Below are positions 20,006 through 30,350 of a stretch of DNA of 64,000 nucleotides, one piece after another. The notes under the pieces were generated by a model. That model worked only from the letters and a program-made list of their open reading frames with translations, did not search any database and had not been told where the DNA came from. The stretch comes from Candidatus Parcubacteria bacterium. GTDB lineage: Bacteria > Patescibacteriota > Minisyncoccia > UBA6257 > JAGOQP01. The stretch covers positions 301,638 through 365,637 of the forward strand of contig AP024682.1 of assembly GCA_025999395.1 (NCBI GenBank). The letters are read 5' to 3'. Each line of letters opens with the position of its first letter. Position 1 is the stretch's first letter. Both the position numbers and the translations under genes were made by a program.

Positions 20006-20593
20006 ATGTATCAGGCACAAGATTTTAGTTCTCTTTTAGGGTTAAAAGGATTTAGTGATCAAGCTCTCAGTCTTCATTTTTCTCTTTATCAAGGTTATGT
20101 GAATAATGTCAATAAAATTTTGGAAAGACTTGCTTTTCTAAGAAAAGAAAACCAAGCCGATTCTTTGGAATTTGCCGAATTAGCTCGACGCTTGGGGTGG
20201 GAGTTTAATGGAATGAGATTACACGAGTACTATTTTAGTGGTCTTTCCAAGAATCCTTCTTCTCTTAATTCCGATTCGGCTTTAGCGAAAAAAATAGTTC
20301 AGGATTTTGGTAGTTTTCAAGAATGGGAGAAGGATTTTAAATCATTGTCACTAATGCGAGGGATTGGTTGGGTTATTCTTTACTACGATCAGAAAGAGGA
20401 AAGATTAATAAATTTTTGGATTAATGAGCACCAAAGCGGACATCCGGCTGGTTTAAAACCTCTTTTAAACATTGATCTTTTTGAACACGCCTACTTGATC
20501 GATTATGGTACCAAAAAGGCAGATTATCTTCAGGCTTTTTTGGAAGCGGTTGATTGGCAAGTAATTGAAAAAAGGTTTTCTGAAAATAGTTAG
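20006..20593 (+). CDS. Fe/Mn superoxide dismutase family
   Basis: LH..YQGYVNN, LHEYYF, GIGWVIL and DLFEHAY metal ligands. Confidence 0.9.
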   Translation: MYQAQDFSSLLGLKGFSDQALSLHFSLYQGYVNNVNKILERLAFLRKENQADSLEFAELARRLGWEFNGMRLHEYYFSGLSKNPSSLNSDSALAKKIVQDFGSFQEWEKDFKSLSLMRGIGWVILYYDQKEERLINFWINEHQSGHPAGLKPLLNIDLFEHAYLIDYGTKKADYLQAFLEAVDWQVIEKRFSENS

Positions 20594-21489
20594 TTTAAGA
20601 CAAAATCTTCTTTGAGGGGGAGGGGAATAAAACACTTTCTTTCTTTTTTTCCGGCTGGAATAATTTTGGTGATAGCTACTTGATCATCATAAACAGTTGC
20701 TTCGAGAAGTTTGATTCTTTCTCCCCGAAGGAAGGTAAAAACGCCGGGATTAGGATTAAGAGCTCTGATTTTTCTTTCGATTAAAAGAGGATCGTCTTTT
20801 TCTAAATCCACAAAACCATCTTGAGTAGTAAACTTTTTAGTAAAGGTAGCTTTTGAATGATCTTGATTAATTAGCTTTATTTTCTTTTTTAAAAAAAGGG
20901 AAAGGTTTTCTCTTAAGAGTTCTCCTGCGAGTTGAGCTAATTCTTTTTCTAATTCTTCAAAAGACGGACGCCAAGCTTCTTCTTTTTTTAATGTTTCTGA
21001 AGCGATAATTGGTCCGTGGTCTAATTCTTCATCAAGGAGAAAAAGGGTAACTCCAATATTTTTCTCATCTTCTAAAATCATTGTTTGAATAGGCGAAGGT
21101 CCACGATATTTGGGCAAAAGCGAAGGATGAACTCCAATTACTCCCAAGGGAAAGGCTTTTAAAACTTTTGAAGAAATAATTTGAGAGAAGGCAGCCACAA
21201 TTCCCAATTGGATTTCTTTAAAAAGATTTTTTTCTGCAAGTTCTTCCAGTTCTTTTTTTGAAGCGGGTTGAATGATTTTTACTTTTTCTTGTATCTCTTT
21301 TTTTTGAGAGAGAATAAGTTTTTTGGTGGCTGGAGGAGTAATTATTTTTTTGCGCCCAAAGGGTTTGTCGGGGTTACAAATTAAAAGCGAGGGAATCCAC
21401 TTATTTTCGATAAGTTTTTCTAAGACAATTTTGGCAAAATTAGGCGAGCCAAAAAAAGCAAAATTGATTTTTTCTTCATCTTTTTCCAT
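20590..21489 (-). CDS. fmt: Methionyl-tRNA formyltransferase
   Basis: FFGSPNFA and VHPSLLPKYRGPSPIQ motifs. Confidence 0.95.
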   Translation of the reverse strand: MEKDEEKINFAFFGSPNFAKIVLEKLIENKWIPSLLICNPDKPFGRKKIITPPATKKLILSQKKEIQEKVKIIQPASKKELEELAEKNLFKEIQLGIVAAFSQIISSKVLKAFPLGVIGVHPSLLPKYRGPSPIQTMILEDEKNIGVTLFLLDEELDHGPIIASETLKKEEAWRPSFEELEKELAQLAGELLRENLSLFLKKKIKLINQDHSKATFTKKFTTQDGFVDLEKDDPLLIERKIRALNPNPGVFTFLRGERIKLLEATVYDDQVAITKIIPAGKKERKCFIPLPLKEDFVLN

Positions 21490-21553
21490 TTAGTGGTTGA
21501 AAGCAATTAATTTATTCTGAGGTTGTTTTCCTTTTAGTTTCATTATATCATCT

Positions 21554-21901
21554 TTGAAAATGAATAAGGAAGAATATCTTAAGCTGTTGAAAAAAAGAGC
21601 TTTTGTCAGTCGAATCTATCGCTCTTATCAATTAGTAGGACTGACTTTAGCTTCTCTGTTGTCTGATAGAAAACATAAAACTCTTTATATTAAGTTGGCC
21701 AAAGAAATAGATAATCAATTGCTTTTGGAGTTGGCGAAAGATATTGCTCAAAGAAATTTAAAAAAACCGGCAGCCTATTTTATGGCGGTTTTAGAAAAGA
21801 AGGGATTGATTCCAAAAGGAGTAAAAAAACCAAAACAAGGAAGAATAAAGCTAAAATATAAAAAATCTTCTCAAGGAAACAAAACAAACAAAAGTAAATA
21901 A
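21554..21901 (+). CDS. Hypothetical basic protein
   Basis: 115-aa ORF co-oriented with def. Confidence 0.65.
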   Translation: MKMNKEEYLKLLKKRAFVSRIYRSYQLVGLTLASLLSDRKHKTLYIKLAKEIDNQLLLELAKDIAQRNLKKPAAYFMAVLEKKGLIPKGVKKPKQGRIKLKYKKSSQGNKTNKSK

Positions 21902-21907
21902 AAAATT

Positions 21908-22444
21908 ATGATTAGTGAGGAAAATAAAAAAATTTGGACTCTTTTTAATAAAGATGAGGAAAAAATTTTAAGAAAGAAAGTGAGTGATTTTGATTTTTCC
22001 CGCTATTCGAAGAAAGAAATTGAAGAATTAATTAGATTTTTAAGGAGAATGATGGTGGCTCACAAAGGAATTGGTTTGGCAGCTAATCAGGTAGGCTTAG
22101 ATTTGAGAGTTTTTGTTGCTCAGTTGCCTTCAAGAAAAGGCCAAGGAGGCGGCTATCAAGGTAAGTTTTATGCTATTTTTAATCCTAAAATCGTTTCTTT
22201 GTCTGGAAAAAAGATTAAGGAAGAGGAAGGTTGTTTAAGTGTACCGGGGTTTTGGGGAGAAGTAGAAAGAGCAGAAAAAATAGAGATAGAAGGGTTTGAT
22301 AAAAATCAGCGCCCGATTAGGTTAAAGGCTACTGGGTTACTAGCAAGAATTTTTCAACACGAGATTGATCATTTGGAAGGAAAGCTTTATATCGATAAGG
22401 CAAAAAATCTTTTTTCAATAAATCAAGAGGAAGAAGAAAAATAA
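21908..22444 (+). CDS. def: Peptide deformylase
   Basis: GIGLAANQVG, EGCLS and QHEIDHL motifs. Confidence 0.97.
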   Translation: MISEENKKIWTLFNKDEEKILRKKVSDFDFSRYSKKEIEELIRFLRRMMVAHKGIGLAANQVGLDLRVFVAQLPSRKGQGGGYQGKFYAIFNPKIVSLSGKKIKEEEGCLSVPGFWGEVERAEKIEIEGFDKNQRPIRLKATGLLARIFQHEIDHLEGKLYIDKAKNLFSINQEEEEK

Positions 22445-22449
22445 TTTCT

Positions 22450-23046
22450 ATGCGTCTTTTTATTGCTATAGATTTACCCGCTGAAATTAAAGATTCTCTC
22501 TGGCAGCAATTAGCTTATTTAAGGGATTATCTTGAATTTGCTCGCTTTGTTGAAAAAGAAAATCTTCATCTCACCTTGGCTTTTTTAGGAAATCAGCCAG
22601 AAAAATCTTTGAACTTAATTAAAGAAGCAATAAAAGATACCGCTTTAAATTTTACTTCTCAAAAGTTGGTTATTGACAAAATATCTCTTGGGCCCTCTGA
22701 ACTTAAACCTAGAATGATTTGGTTGGGGTTTGATAAAGCTTCTCAAGGTTATTTGGAATCTTTGACTAATCATTTAAGAAAGAATTTAAAAAAAGCTGCT
22801 CTTGATTTTGATGAAAAGGATTTTTCTAGCCATATTACGCTTGCCCGTTTTGATAATCGCTGGCAATTGAAGTTTCAAAAAAAGCTTTCTTTGTCAGAAA
22901 AAAATCGCGAAATTAAAAGGATTAAGGAAGACTTTTCGCCTTTCAAGTTGGAATTTTGGGTTGAAAAAATTACTCTTTTTGAATCAAATTTAACCCCTAC
23001 CGGTCCTCTTTACAAAAAAATTTTTGAATTTGAATTAAAGAAGTGA
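22450..23046 (+). CDS. thpR: RNA 2',3'-cyclic phosphodiesterase (2H family)
   Basis: MRLFIAI and two HxT motifs (HLTLAFLG, HITLAR). Confidence 0.92.
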   Translation: MRLFIAIDLPAEIKDSLWQQLAYLRDYLEFARFVEKENLHLTLAFLGNQPEKSLNLIKEAIKDTALNFTSQKLVIDKISLGPSELKPRMIWLGFDKASQGYLESLTNHLRKNLKKAALDFDEKDFSSHITLARFDNRWQLKFQKKLSLSEKNREIKRIKEDFSPFKLEFWVEKITLFESNLTPTGPLYKKIFEFELKK

Positions 23047-23077
23047 TAAAATGGCCAAGTAAAGTTTTTATTATTTA

Positions 23078-24373
23078 TTGAAAGAAATGAATCTGAATTT
23101 TCTTAAAAAATTTAAAATTTCTCGCGATTCTATTTCTTATTTTGTTATTGCTTTGGTAGTGGTTGTTTTGATCGGCGGCTCTTATTGGCTGGGGTTTTTA
23201 AAGGGGATTCGGGAAACAAAAAAAATTGTGGTTGAAGGAGTAACCAATCCTCAAAAAGAGGGGATTGATTTTTCTCTTTTTTGGGAAGCTTGGAATGTTC
23301 TAAAATCCAAGTATGTTTCTCAAGAAAAAGTTAGCGATGATCGTTCTCTTTTGTACGGTTCAATTGCGGGCTTGCTTTCTTCTTTAAAAGATCCCAATAC
23401 TTCATTTTTTTCTCCTGAAGATGCGGAAAAGTTTAGTCAAGATATTAGTGGAGAATTTGGAGGAATTGGAGCGGAAATTGGCTTAAATAAAGACGGTCAG
23501 TTAATTGTTATTACTCCTTTAAAAGGAACCCCTGCTGAAAAAGCGGGGCTAAAACCTCAAGATAAAATTCTTAAAATAAATAATGAGAACACTTTTGGCT
23601 TAAGTGTGGAGGAGGCAGTAAGAAAAATTAGAGGGCCGAAAGGAACGGTGGTAACTTTAACTATTTTTCGTGAAGGGTGGGAAAAGGAGAAAGATTTTTC
23701 TATTACTCGTGACATCATTCAAATTCCTACTCTTGATTTCAAAACTTTGAACTTTGAGGGGAAGGAAGACAAAAAGGGAAAGATTGCTTACATTAAACTT
23801 AATAACTTTTATGAAAAAGCCCCTTCTCTTTTTTATCAAGCAGCTTTAAAGGCAATCTTTTCTCAAGCTGAGGGAATTATTTTGGATTTAAGAAATAACC
23901 CCGGTGGTTATTTGGAAGCAGCGGTCAATATTGGGGGCTGGTTTATTGAAAAAGGAAAAACTATTGTAGTTGAAGAATTTCGAGACAAAAGTCAAAATGA
24001 AACCTTTGTTTCTCGAGGGCCTTCTATTTTTAAAGATGTCCCTACCGTTGTTCTTATTAATAAAGGATCAGCTTCTGCTTCTGAAATTTTGGCTGGGGCC
24101 TTAAAGGAAAATAATGGAGCAATTATTATGGGAGAAAAAAGTTTTGGTAAGGGAACAGTTCAGGAGCTGGTTAATTTAAGTGATCAATCAATGCTTAAAA
24201 TTACCGTTGCTTATTGGCTAACTCCTCAAGGTCATCGGATTGATCAGAATGGTATTGAGCCGGATATAGAATTAAAATCACCTCAGGAGAACGAAAAAGA
24301 AGAATTTGATACTGATTCGTGGATAAAAGAAGCTACTCAAGTTTTAGTTAAAAAGATAAAAGGAGAAAACTAA
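23078..24373 (+). CDS. C-terminal processing peptidase S41
   Basis: PDZ GIGA motif, [21 protein letters not shown]. Confidence 0.95.
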   Translation: MKEMNLNFLKKFKISRDSISYFVIALVVVVLIGGSYWLGFLKGIRETKKIVVEGVTNPQKEGIDFSLFWEAWNVLKSKYVSQEKVSDDRSLLYGSIAGLLSSLKDPNTSFFSPEDAEKFSQDISGEFGGIGAEIGLNKDGQLIVITPLKGTPAEKAGLKPQDKILKINNENTFGLSVEEAVRKIRGPKGTVVTLTIFREGWEKEKDFSITRDIIQIPTLDFKTLNFEGKEDKKGKIAYIKLNNFYEKAPSLFYQAALKAIFSQAEGIILDLRNNPGGYLEAAVNIGGWFIEKGKTIVVEEFRDKSQNETFVSRGPSIFKDVPTVVLINKGSASASEILAGALKENNGAIIMGEKSFGKGTVQELVNLSDQSMLKITVAYWLTPQGHRIDQNGIEPDIELKSPQENEKEEFDTDSWIKEATQVLVKKIKGEN

Positions 24374-24383
24374 GCTTTCAAAA

Positions 24384-24860
24384 ATGAAGGTTCTCTTGCT
24401 GCAGGACATTAAGGGAGTAGGTAAAAAGGGAGAGATTAAAGATCTAGCTGATGGTTATGTGCGCAATTTTCTGCTACCTAAGAAATTAGCAGTGCTTGCG
24501 ACACCTCAAAAAGAAAAAGAGGAACAACAAAGAAAGGAAAGAGAAGAAAAAGAAAAGTTAAAGAAGCTTCATTTTTTGGAAACTTTCTTGCCCCAGCTGG
24601 CTGCTACTACCTTTTCTTTTAAGGTTAAAGTTGGAAAGAATAAAGAAATTTTTAGCTCGGTTACTAGTCAGCAAATCAAGAAAAAAGTTTTGGATTTTTT
24701 AAATAGCCAAGATAAAGAAGTTGTTTTTCAAGAGGATGAGATTTTTTTGGAAATTAAGCCTTTAAGAGAGATTGGAGAAAAGAAAATCTCCCTTAAAATT
24801 GGCAAGGGAGAAGTTTCTAAAGAAGCAACAGTTAACCTTAAGATAGAGGCTGAAGAGTAA
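24384..24860 (+). CDS. rplI: 50S ribosomal protein L9
   Basis: [17 protein letters not shown]...GYVRNFLLP. Confidence 0.95.
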   Translation: MKVLLLQDIKGVGKKGEIKDLADGYVRNFLLPKKLAVLATPQKEKEEQQRKEREEKEKLKKLHFLETFLPQLAATTFSFKVKVGKNKEIFSSVTSQQIKKKVLDFLNSQDKEVVFQEDEIFLEIKPLREIGEKKISLKIGKGEVSKEATVNLKIEAEE

Positions 24861-24862
24861 AT

Positions 24863-25141
24863 CTATTGAGGAAGAACGCTTACTTGAGTAGCGTAGCGAT
24901 GGTTGCCGTCGAATCTAATTTTCTTCACTCTTTTAAATTGAACCACTCCACTTTTTAGAGCGTAAAGAGTATCATCGGCACCCACTTTAACATTTTTTCC
25001 TGCTAAATAACGAGCTCCTCTTTGACGGACGAGAATTTCTCCACTTTTTACTAATTGGCCGTGCTGCCTTTTAATGCCTAACCGTTTAGCCTCTGAATCG
25101 CGACCTAATTTAGTTGAACCTAATTGCTTAGTATGAGCCAT
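24863..25141 (-). CDS. rpmA: 50S ribosomal protein L27
   Basis: [21 protein letters not shown]. Confidence 0.97.
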   Translation of the reverse strand: MAHTKQLGSTKLGRDSEAKRLGIKRQHGQLVKSGEILVRQRGARYLAGKNVKVGADDTLYALKSGVVQFKRVKKIRFDGNHRYATQVSVLPQ

Positions 25142-25249
25142 AAGAAGATGTTTTTAATAAGTTAGATTTTAAAAGATTTGAAGTGCGCTTTATTATATCT
25201 TATAATGATAACCTGTGTCAATAATTTTTAAGAATCAAGGCAAATTTTT

Positions 25250-25948
25250 ATGGAAAGTAAAAAATTGGTTTTTGATATTGAAACGGCCGGTAAGGAATTT
25301 GAGTCACTGGATGTGATTTCTCAAGACTTTATGCTAAAGTATGCGGAAAGCGATGAGGAAGAGGAAAGAGTAAAGGAGGGGACAAGCTTTTATCCTTTAA
25401 CCGGGGAGGTGGTAGCAATTGGAGTGCTTAATCCAGATTCTGGACAAGGAGCGGTTTTTGTTCAAAGTGAAGATAAAAATCTTCCCTCGATCTTAGAAGA
25501 GGGAATTTCTTTAGAAAAAGGAAGCGAAAAGGAAATTTTGGAAAAATTTTGGGAAGTAGCAAAGTTTTATAATGTTTTTATTTCTTTTAATGGAAGAAGA
25601 TTTGATATTCCTTTTTTAATGATTCGCTCAGCAATTTTAGGAGTTAAACCTTCAAAAAATCTTTTAGCTAATCGATATCTTTCCAGCCAGCCTCAAGAAG
25701 CTAAACATATTGATTTGTTTGATCAACTTTCCTTTTATGGGGCTAGCCGCAAAAATTTTCCTCTTCATATGTGGACTAAAGCTTTTGGGATTAAAAGTCC
25801 CAAAGAAGATGGAATTAGCGGGAATGATATCACCGCTCTTTATCGAGAAGGGAAAATTTTAGAGATTGCCAAATACAATTTAGAAGATTTAAAATCAACT
25901 GCTGAATTGTATCGTTTTTGGGAAAAATATTTGAATTTTAATAATTAA
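25250..25948 (+). CDS. RNase H-like 3'-5' exonuclease (PolB-exo/DEDD)
   Basis: VFDIET, FNGRRFDIPF, HIDL and YNLED motifs. Confidence 0.85.
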   Translation: MESKKLVFDIETAGKEFESLDVISQDFMLKYAESDEEEERVKEGTSFYPLTGEVVAIGVLNPDSGQGAVFVQSEDKNLPSILEEGISLEKGSEKEILEKFWEVAKFYNVFISFNGRRFDIPFLMIRSAILGVKPSKNLLANRYLSSQPQEAKHIDLFDQLSFYGASRKNFPLHMWTKAFGIKSPKEDGISGNDITALYREGKILEIAKYNLEDLKSTAELYRFWEKYLNFNN

Positions 25949-25958
25949 TTATAAATCT

Positions 25959-26714
25959 ATGAGTTTATTTTTTTACTCTGTAGGGAGTGTTTTTTTAGTA
26001 AGCCTTATTTCCTTGATAGGGATTTTTACTCTTTATACCAACGAAGAGAAGTTGAGAAAAATTATTACTTTTCTTGTAAGTCTAGCAGCGGGGGGATTAC
26101 TGGGGGATACTTTTATCCATCTTATTCCTCAATCTTTTGAAAGATTAGATGGCGAACTTACTGTTCCAGCTTTAGTGTTGGTGGGAATTCTTTTGTTTTT
26201 TATTTTAGAAAAATTTATTCGTTGGCGTCATTGTCATATTAAAACTTCAGAAAATCATCTTCATCCGGTAGCTTTTATGAATATTGTGGGAGATAGCGTC
26301 CACAATTTTGCTGATGGGGTAGCTATTGGTGCTAGTTTCCTAGTTAGTTTGCCGGTAGGAGTTGCTACTACTTTAGCGGTAATTTTACACGAAATTCCTC
26401 AGGAGATGGGAGATTTTGGGATTTTGATTAAGTGGGGACTTTCTGCTAAAAAAGCTCTCTTTTTTAATTTTCTTACTGCTTTAACCTCCTTGGTGGGAGT
26501 AGGGTTGGTTTTTATGATAGGAGATTTGTCTAAATATCTTTCCTTAATTCTTTTGCCGGTGATTGCTGGAGGCTTTCTTTATATTGCTGGCTCCGATTTA
26601 ATTCCGGAACTTCACAATAATAAATGCGAAACTCACCTTTTTGAGTCTTTGGTTCAGTTAGCCGGCATTGTTTTAGGCTTGGTTTTAATGGCGCTTCTTT
26701 CTTTAATGGAATAA
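25959..26714 (+). CDS. ZIP family metal transporter
   Basis: HNFADG and HEIPQEMGDF motifs. Confidence 0.93.
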   Translation: MSLFFYSVGSVFLVSLISLIGIFTLYTNEEKLRKIITFLVSLAAGGLLGDTFIHLIPQSFERLDGELTVPALVLVGILLFFILEKFIRWRHCHIKTSENHLHPVAFMNIVGDSVHNFADGVAIGASFLVSLPVGVATTLAVILHEIPQEMGDFGILIKWGLSAKKALFFNFLTALTSLVGVGLVFMIGDLSKYLSLILLPVIAGGFLYIAGSDLIPELHNNKCETHLFESLVQLAGIVLGLVLMALLSLME

Positions 26715-26754
26715 GAAAGAAATTTTAAAGGTTTGTTTTTTTAGTTTCAAAAAT

Positions 26755-27360
26755 CTAAAGGAATTGCTTAATCACTTGAAAATCTTTTTTTAACTCTTCT
26801 TTAACATTATTGTTATAAACGGCAACGGCTGGGTGATAAAGAGGAATAATTTTTACCGCATGCCCTAATAAAGGATTAGCCGAAAAAACCTTTCCTTTAA
26901 TTTGGCTAATTGGCTTAATTTCATTTTTAAGGCCAAACTTTTCTAAGATGTAAGCAGTGGAAAATCTTCCTAAAGTAACGATTACTTGAGGTTGAATTAT
27001 TTCTATTTGTCTATCAAGAAAAGGAGCATAAACCTTTATTTCTTCCGGTAAAGGATCGCGGTTTTCTGGCGGGCGATCCTTCAGGATGTTAGTAATGTAA
27101 ACTTCGCTTCGAGGAAGGCCAATACTTGCTAAGAGTTCATCTAAAATTTTGCCGGCAGCTCCGCAGAAAGGAATACCGCTTTCAGCCTCATTTCTTCCAG
27201 GGGCTTCGCCAATAAACATTATTTTGGCATCGTGATTGCCTTGGCCGATAACGGGATAATAGTTATTGGCTACTCTGTAAGAATAAAGAGGGGAGCTTTT
27301 TAAATTAAGCACTTCATCTCTGATTTGCTTAAGAAGTTCCTCTTTTTTTTGCTTATCCAT
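26755..27360 (-). CDS. Uracil-DNA glycosylase family 4
   Basis: GEAPG, RPPENRDP and YHPA motifs. Confidence 0.93.
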   Translation of the reverse strand: MDKQKKEELLKQIRDEVLNLKSSPLYSYRVANNYYPVIGQGNHDAKIMFIGEAPGRNEAESGIPFCGAAGKILDELLASIGLPRSEVYITNILKDRPPENRDPLPEEIKVYAPFLDRQIEIIQPQVIVTLGRFSTAYILEKFGLKNEIKPISQIKGKVFSANPLLGHAVKIIPLYHPAVAVYNNNVKEELKKDFQVIKQFL

Positions 27361-27541
27361 TTTTATTAAGAATACAAAAAAGATTTCTCTTTGACAATTT
27401 AGCTTTGGTATTGAGGATTTCTTTATTTGACTTTTTCGAAATAAGGTTTATAGTTAAAAGGTGCTCTTTGGGTTCTTTAAAAATTAAAAAGAAGGTCCTT
27501 CCTAAAGTAGCGTTCAATAGTAAAAAAATATTGTAGTTGTC

Positions 27542-27829
27542 ATGGCTAAGAAATTGTATGTAGGAAACTTATCCTACAAAACTACAGGCGATCAGTTATC
27601 AGAAATGTTTTCTGAGGCTGGAGAAGTTTCTTCGGCTAATGTCATTGTTGACAAAATGTCCGGCCGTTCTCGCGGATTTGGTTTTGTCGAAATGGCTAAT
27701 GATGAAGAAGCAGACAAAGCTATCGAGATGTTTAACGGAAAAGAAGTAGACGGAAGAAGATTGGTGGTTAACGAAGCCCGACCTCTCAAAGAAAGAGGAA
27801 GTGGCTTTTCAAGGAATCGAAGAAGATAG
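27542..27829 (+). CDS. RRM RNA-binding protein
   Basis: LYVGNL (RNP2) and RGFGFVEM (RNP1). Confidence 0.95.
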   Translation: MAKKLYVGNLSYKTTGDQLSEMFSEAGEVSSANVIVDKMSGRSRGFGFVEMANDEEADKAIEMFNGKEVDGRRLVVNEARPLKERGSGFSRNRRR

Positions 27830-27846
27830 TTTTGATAATCAGCCTT

Positions 27847-27879
27847 AAAAGCGTCCCTCTTTAAAAAGGGGCGCTTTTT
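27847..27879 (+). terminator. Intrinsic terminator
   Basis: AAAAGCGTCCCT...AGGGGCGCTTTTT after the RRM gene. Confidence 0.65.
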
Positions 27880-27959
27880 GTTTAAGGGCTTTTTTGTTTT
27901 TTCTTTGCTTGGTTGTTATTTCTTTTGTTTTTATTTATACTAAAGCTTGTTTTAAAATT

Positions 27960-28691
27960 ATGTCTTTTTCTTCAAATAAAAAATTTATTTCTGGTGAGGA
28001 TTTTAAATTGAGTCGTTCGAAACTGGAACTTTTTCTTCAGTGTCGACGCTGTTTTTATTTGGATAGGCGACTGAATATTGCTCAGCCAGCCTCAGCCCCT
28101 TTTACCCTTAATTCTGCAGTTGATTTTCTTTTAAAGAAAGAATTTGATATTTATCGTCAAAAGAAAGAGCCTCACCCCTTAATGAAGAAGCATAAAATAA
28201 AAGCCATTCCTTTTTGGCATCCGGAGATTGATGAGTGGAGAAATAACTTTAAAGGGATTTCCTTTTATCATTCTCCTACAAAAATAATTCTTCAGGGGGC
28301 GATTGATGATGTTTGGCAAAACGAAAAAGGGGAGTTAATTATTGTTGATTATAAAGCAACTAGCATTAATGGCGAAGTGTCTTTAGATTCTTCTTGGAAA
28401 GAATCTTACAAAAGACAGATAGAAATCTATCAATGGCTTTTTAAAATGAATGGTTTCAATGTTTCTCGGATGGGTTATTTTGTTTATGCTAATGGTAAGA
28501 AAGATGTGGCGGGTTTTGGAGAAAAACTCGAGTTTGATGTTCGGATTCTACCTTACGAAGGCAATTCTTTTTGGGTAGAGGAAGCTCTTTTTGAAGCGAG
28601 AAAATGCTTGGAGGATGAAAAAATTCCTCCCTTTAACGAGAAATGTCCTTTTTGTCTTTATTCTCAAAAAATTAAGGAAATCGAAAATTAA
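27960..28691 (+). CDS. PD-(D/E)XK nuclease, Cas4/AddB-like with Cys motifs
   Basis: LSRSK..F.QCRRCFY, GAIDD..IIVDYK, QIEIY and C-terminal CPFC; likely ATG at 27960. Confidence 0.85.
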   Translation: MSFSSNKKFISGEDFKLSRSKLELFLQCRRCFYLDRRLNIAQPASAPFTLNSAVDFLLKKEFDIYRQKKEPHPLMKKHKIKAIPFWHPEIDEWRNNFKGISFYHSPTKIILQGAIDDVWQNEKGELIIVDYKATSINGEVSLDSSWKESYKRQIEIYQWLFKMNGFNVSRMGYFVYANGKKDVAGFGEKLEFDVRILPYEGNSFWVEEALFEARKCLEDEKIPPFNEKCPFCLYSQKIKEIEN

Positions 28692-28716
28692 AATTTTTTA
28701 AAAATTTCGAAGGCTT

Positions 28717-29139
28717 ATGAGGTGGTTTCTTTATGCGATTTTTTCTTCATTATTTGCGGCATTAGTGGCTATTTTTGGGAAGTTGGGATTAAAGAATACT
28801 GACTCGGTGCTTGCGACTACGATCCGAGGAGTAATTATGGCGATTTTTCTTTTAGTGACGAGTTTTTTTCTGAAGAAATTTAGTTTAAATAATTTTAACT
28901 CACTTTCCTGGAAGGATTGGGTTTTAATTGTGGCTGCGGGTTTAGCAGGAGCGCTTTCTTGGATTTTTTACTTTTTAGCTTTAAAAGAAGGAATGGCTTC
29001 TAAAGTCGCAGCGATCGATCGAACTAGTATTATCTTTGTAATTATTCTTTCAGTATTAATCTTAGGGGAAAAAATTAGCTGGAAAGCCTTTCTGGGGGCA
29101 ATTTTAATGGCGGCAGGAGCAATTATGGTTATTCTTTGA
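28717..29139 (+). CDS. EamA/DMT family transporter
   Basis: AIFGKLGL, YFLALK and ILGEKIS motifs. Confidence 0.88.
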   Translation: MRWFLYAIFSSLFAALVAIFGKLGLKNTDSVLATTIRGVIMAIFLLVTSFFLKKFSLNNFNSLSWKDWVLIVAAGLAGALSWIFYFLALKEGMASKVAAIDRTSIIFVIILSVLILGEKISWKAFLGAILMAAGAIMVIL

Positions 29140-29620
29140 TTTTTCTAAATTCTATTAAATCTCCCTTTTTGAGATTTAATTTTTTAATTGTGCCGGCTTT
29201 TACTTCTAAGACTTTATCGACTTTTTCTTTGGGGTAAACAATTTGAGGGGAAAGAAAACGACTGGGCGGAGGAATGTTTTCTGCTAAATCAACGATTTGA
29301 TTTTGATTTATCCAGATAAAGTCTAAAGCGAATTTCATATCTTTCATCCAAAAGAAGGGAATTTGAGGTCTTTCGAAAACAAATATCATTCCTTGATTTT
29401 CTGAAAGCTCCTCTCTTTGAGAAAGCCCCTTTTCTTTTTTAAGAGAAGAAACTGCTGCCTCGGCTTGAATAGTTTTATCTTTAAAGATAACTTCGATAAT
29501 TTCCCCATCTTTTAGAGGATAAAGGAAATTTAAGCTGGGGGTTGAATGAGAGCCTTTAAAAATAAAGATGATTGGCCAACTAACTAATAAAAAGAAGGCT
29601 AAAATTAATATCTTGGTCAT
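29129..29620 (-). CDS. DUF192 family protein
   Basis: GLS.R..L..QGMIFVF, FWMKDMKFALD and VLEVKAG motifs. Confidence 0.9.
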   Translation of the reverse strand: MTKILILAFFLLVSWPIIFIFKGSHSTPSLNFLYPLKDGEIIEVIFKDKTIQAEAAVSSLKKEKGLSQREELSENQGMIFVFERPQIPFFWMKDMKFALDFIWINQNQIVDLAENIPPPSRFLSPQIVYPKEKVDKVLEVKAGTIKKLNLKKGDLIEFRKIKE

Positions 29621-29709
29621 TTTATTTTTGGTTAATGAATTATCCGCAGTTAATTTTAACAGAGTTGTTTATTATGATAAAATAAGATTAGAAAAATTTC
29701 ACTTTAACT

Positions 29710-29859
29710 ATGAGAAATTATTCAAAAGTAGGTAATCGTGTAGGAAAACCAGCTTACCGTACTCCAGCTTATTTTCGTCTTCTTCAAAATTTTAAAGTAA
29801 GAAAGTTAAAGGTTAGATTTTTGGAAGGAAGGAATTTTAAAAAGAAAAAATCTTCCTAA
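29710..29859 (+). CDS. Small basic ORF (49 aa), not in the ORF track
   Basis: MRNYSKVGNRVGKPAYRTPAYFRLLQNFKVRKLKVRFLEGRNFKKKKSS fills the gap upstream of the FKBP gene. Confidence 0.4.
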   Translation: MRNYSKVGNRVGKPAYRTPAYFRLLQNFKVRKLKVRFLEGRNFKKKKSS

Positions 29860-29901
29860 ATTTTTATTTGAAAATTTAAATTAACTTTAGAAATCAAGAC
29901 T

Positions 29902-30345
29902 ATGAAATTTTTTATTTTCTTTGTTGGTTTGGTGGTGATTTTAGGGTTAATTTTTTGGAAACTAGTTAATCAACCCAATAATATTAGCGAGCAAAACCTC
30001 AATTTAGGAATAAAAGGACTTTCGGTGGTAGAGCTTAAGGCAGGAGAGGGAGAGGTGGCTCAAAAAGGAGATCGAGTTAGCGTTCACTATGTAGGTAAGT
30101 TAGCTAGTGACGGAAAGGAGTTTGATAACTCTTATAAAAGAGGAACTCCTTTCTCTTTTGTTTTAGGCTCTGGAGAGGTAATAAAGGGCTGGGAAGAAGG
30201 GATTGTCGGAATGAAGGTGGGAGGGAAAAGAAAATTAACTATTGCTCCGGATTTAGCTTATGGTGAAAGAGGATTTCCTCAAGCTGGTATTCCTCCTCAA
30301 GCAACTTTAATTTTCGAAGTAGAGTTGTTAAGGGTGGAAAAGTAA
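29902..30345 (+). CDS. FKBP-type peptidyl-prolyl isomerase
   Basis: VHYVGKL, FDNS, VIKGWEEG, LAYG and IPPQATLIFEVEL motifs. Confidence 0.96.
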   Translation: MKFFIFFVGLVVILGLIFWKLVNQPNNISEQNLNLGIKGLSVVELKAGEGEVAQKGDRVSVHYVGKLASDGKEFDNSYKRGTPFSFVLGSGEVIKGWEEGIVGMKVGGKRKLTIAPDLAYGERGFPQAGIPPQATLIFEVELLRVEK

Positions 30346-30350
30346 TTTTT

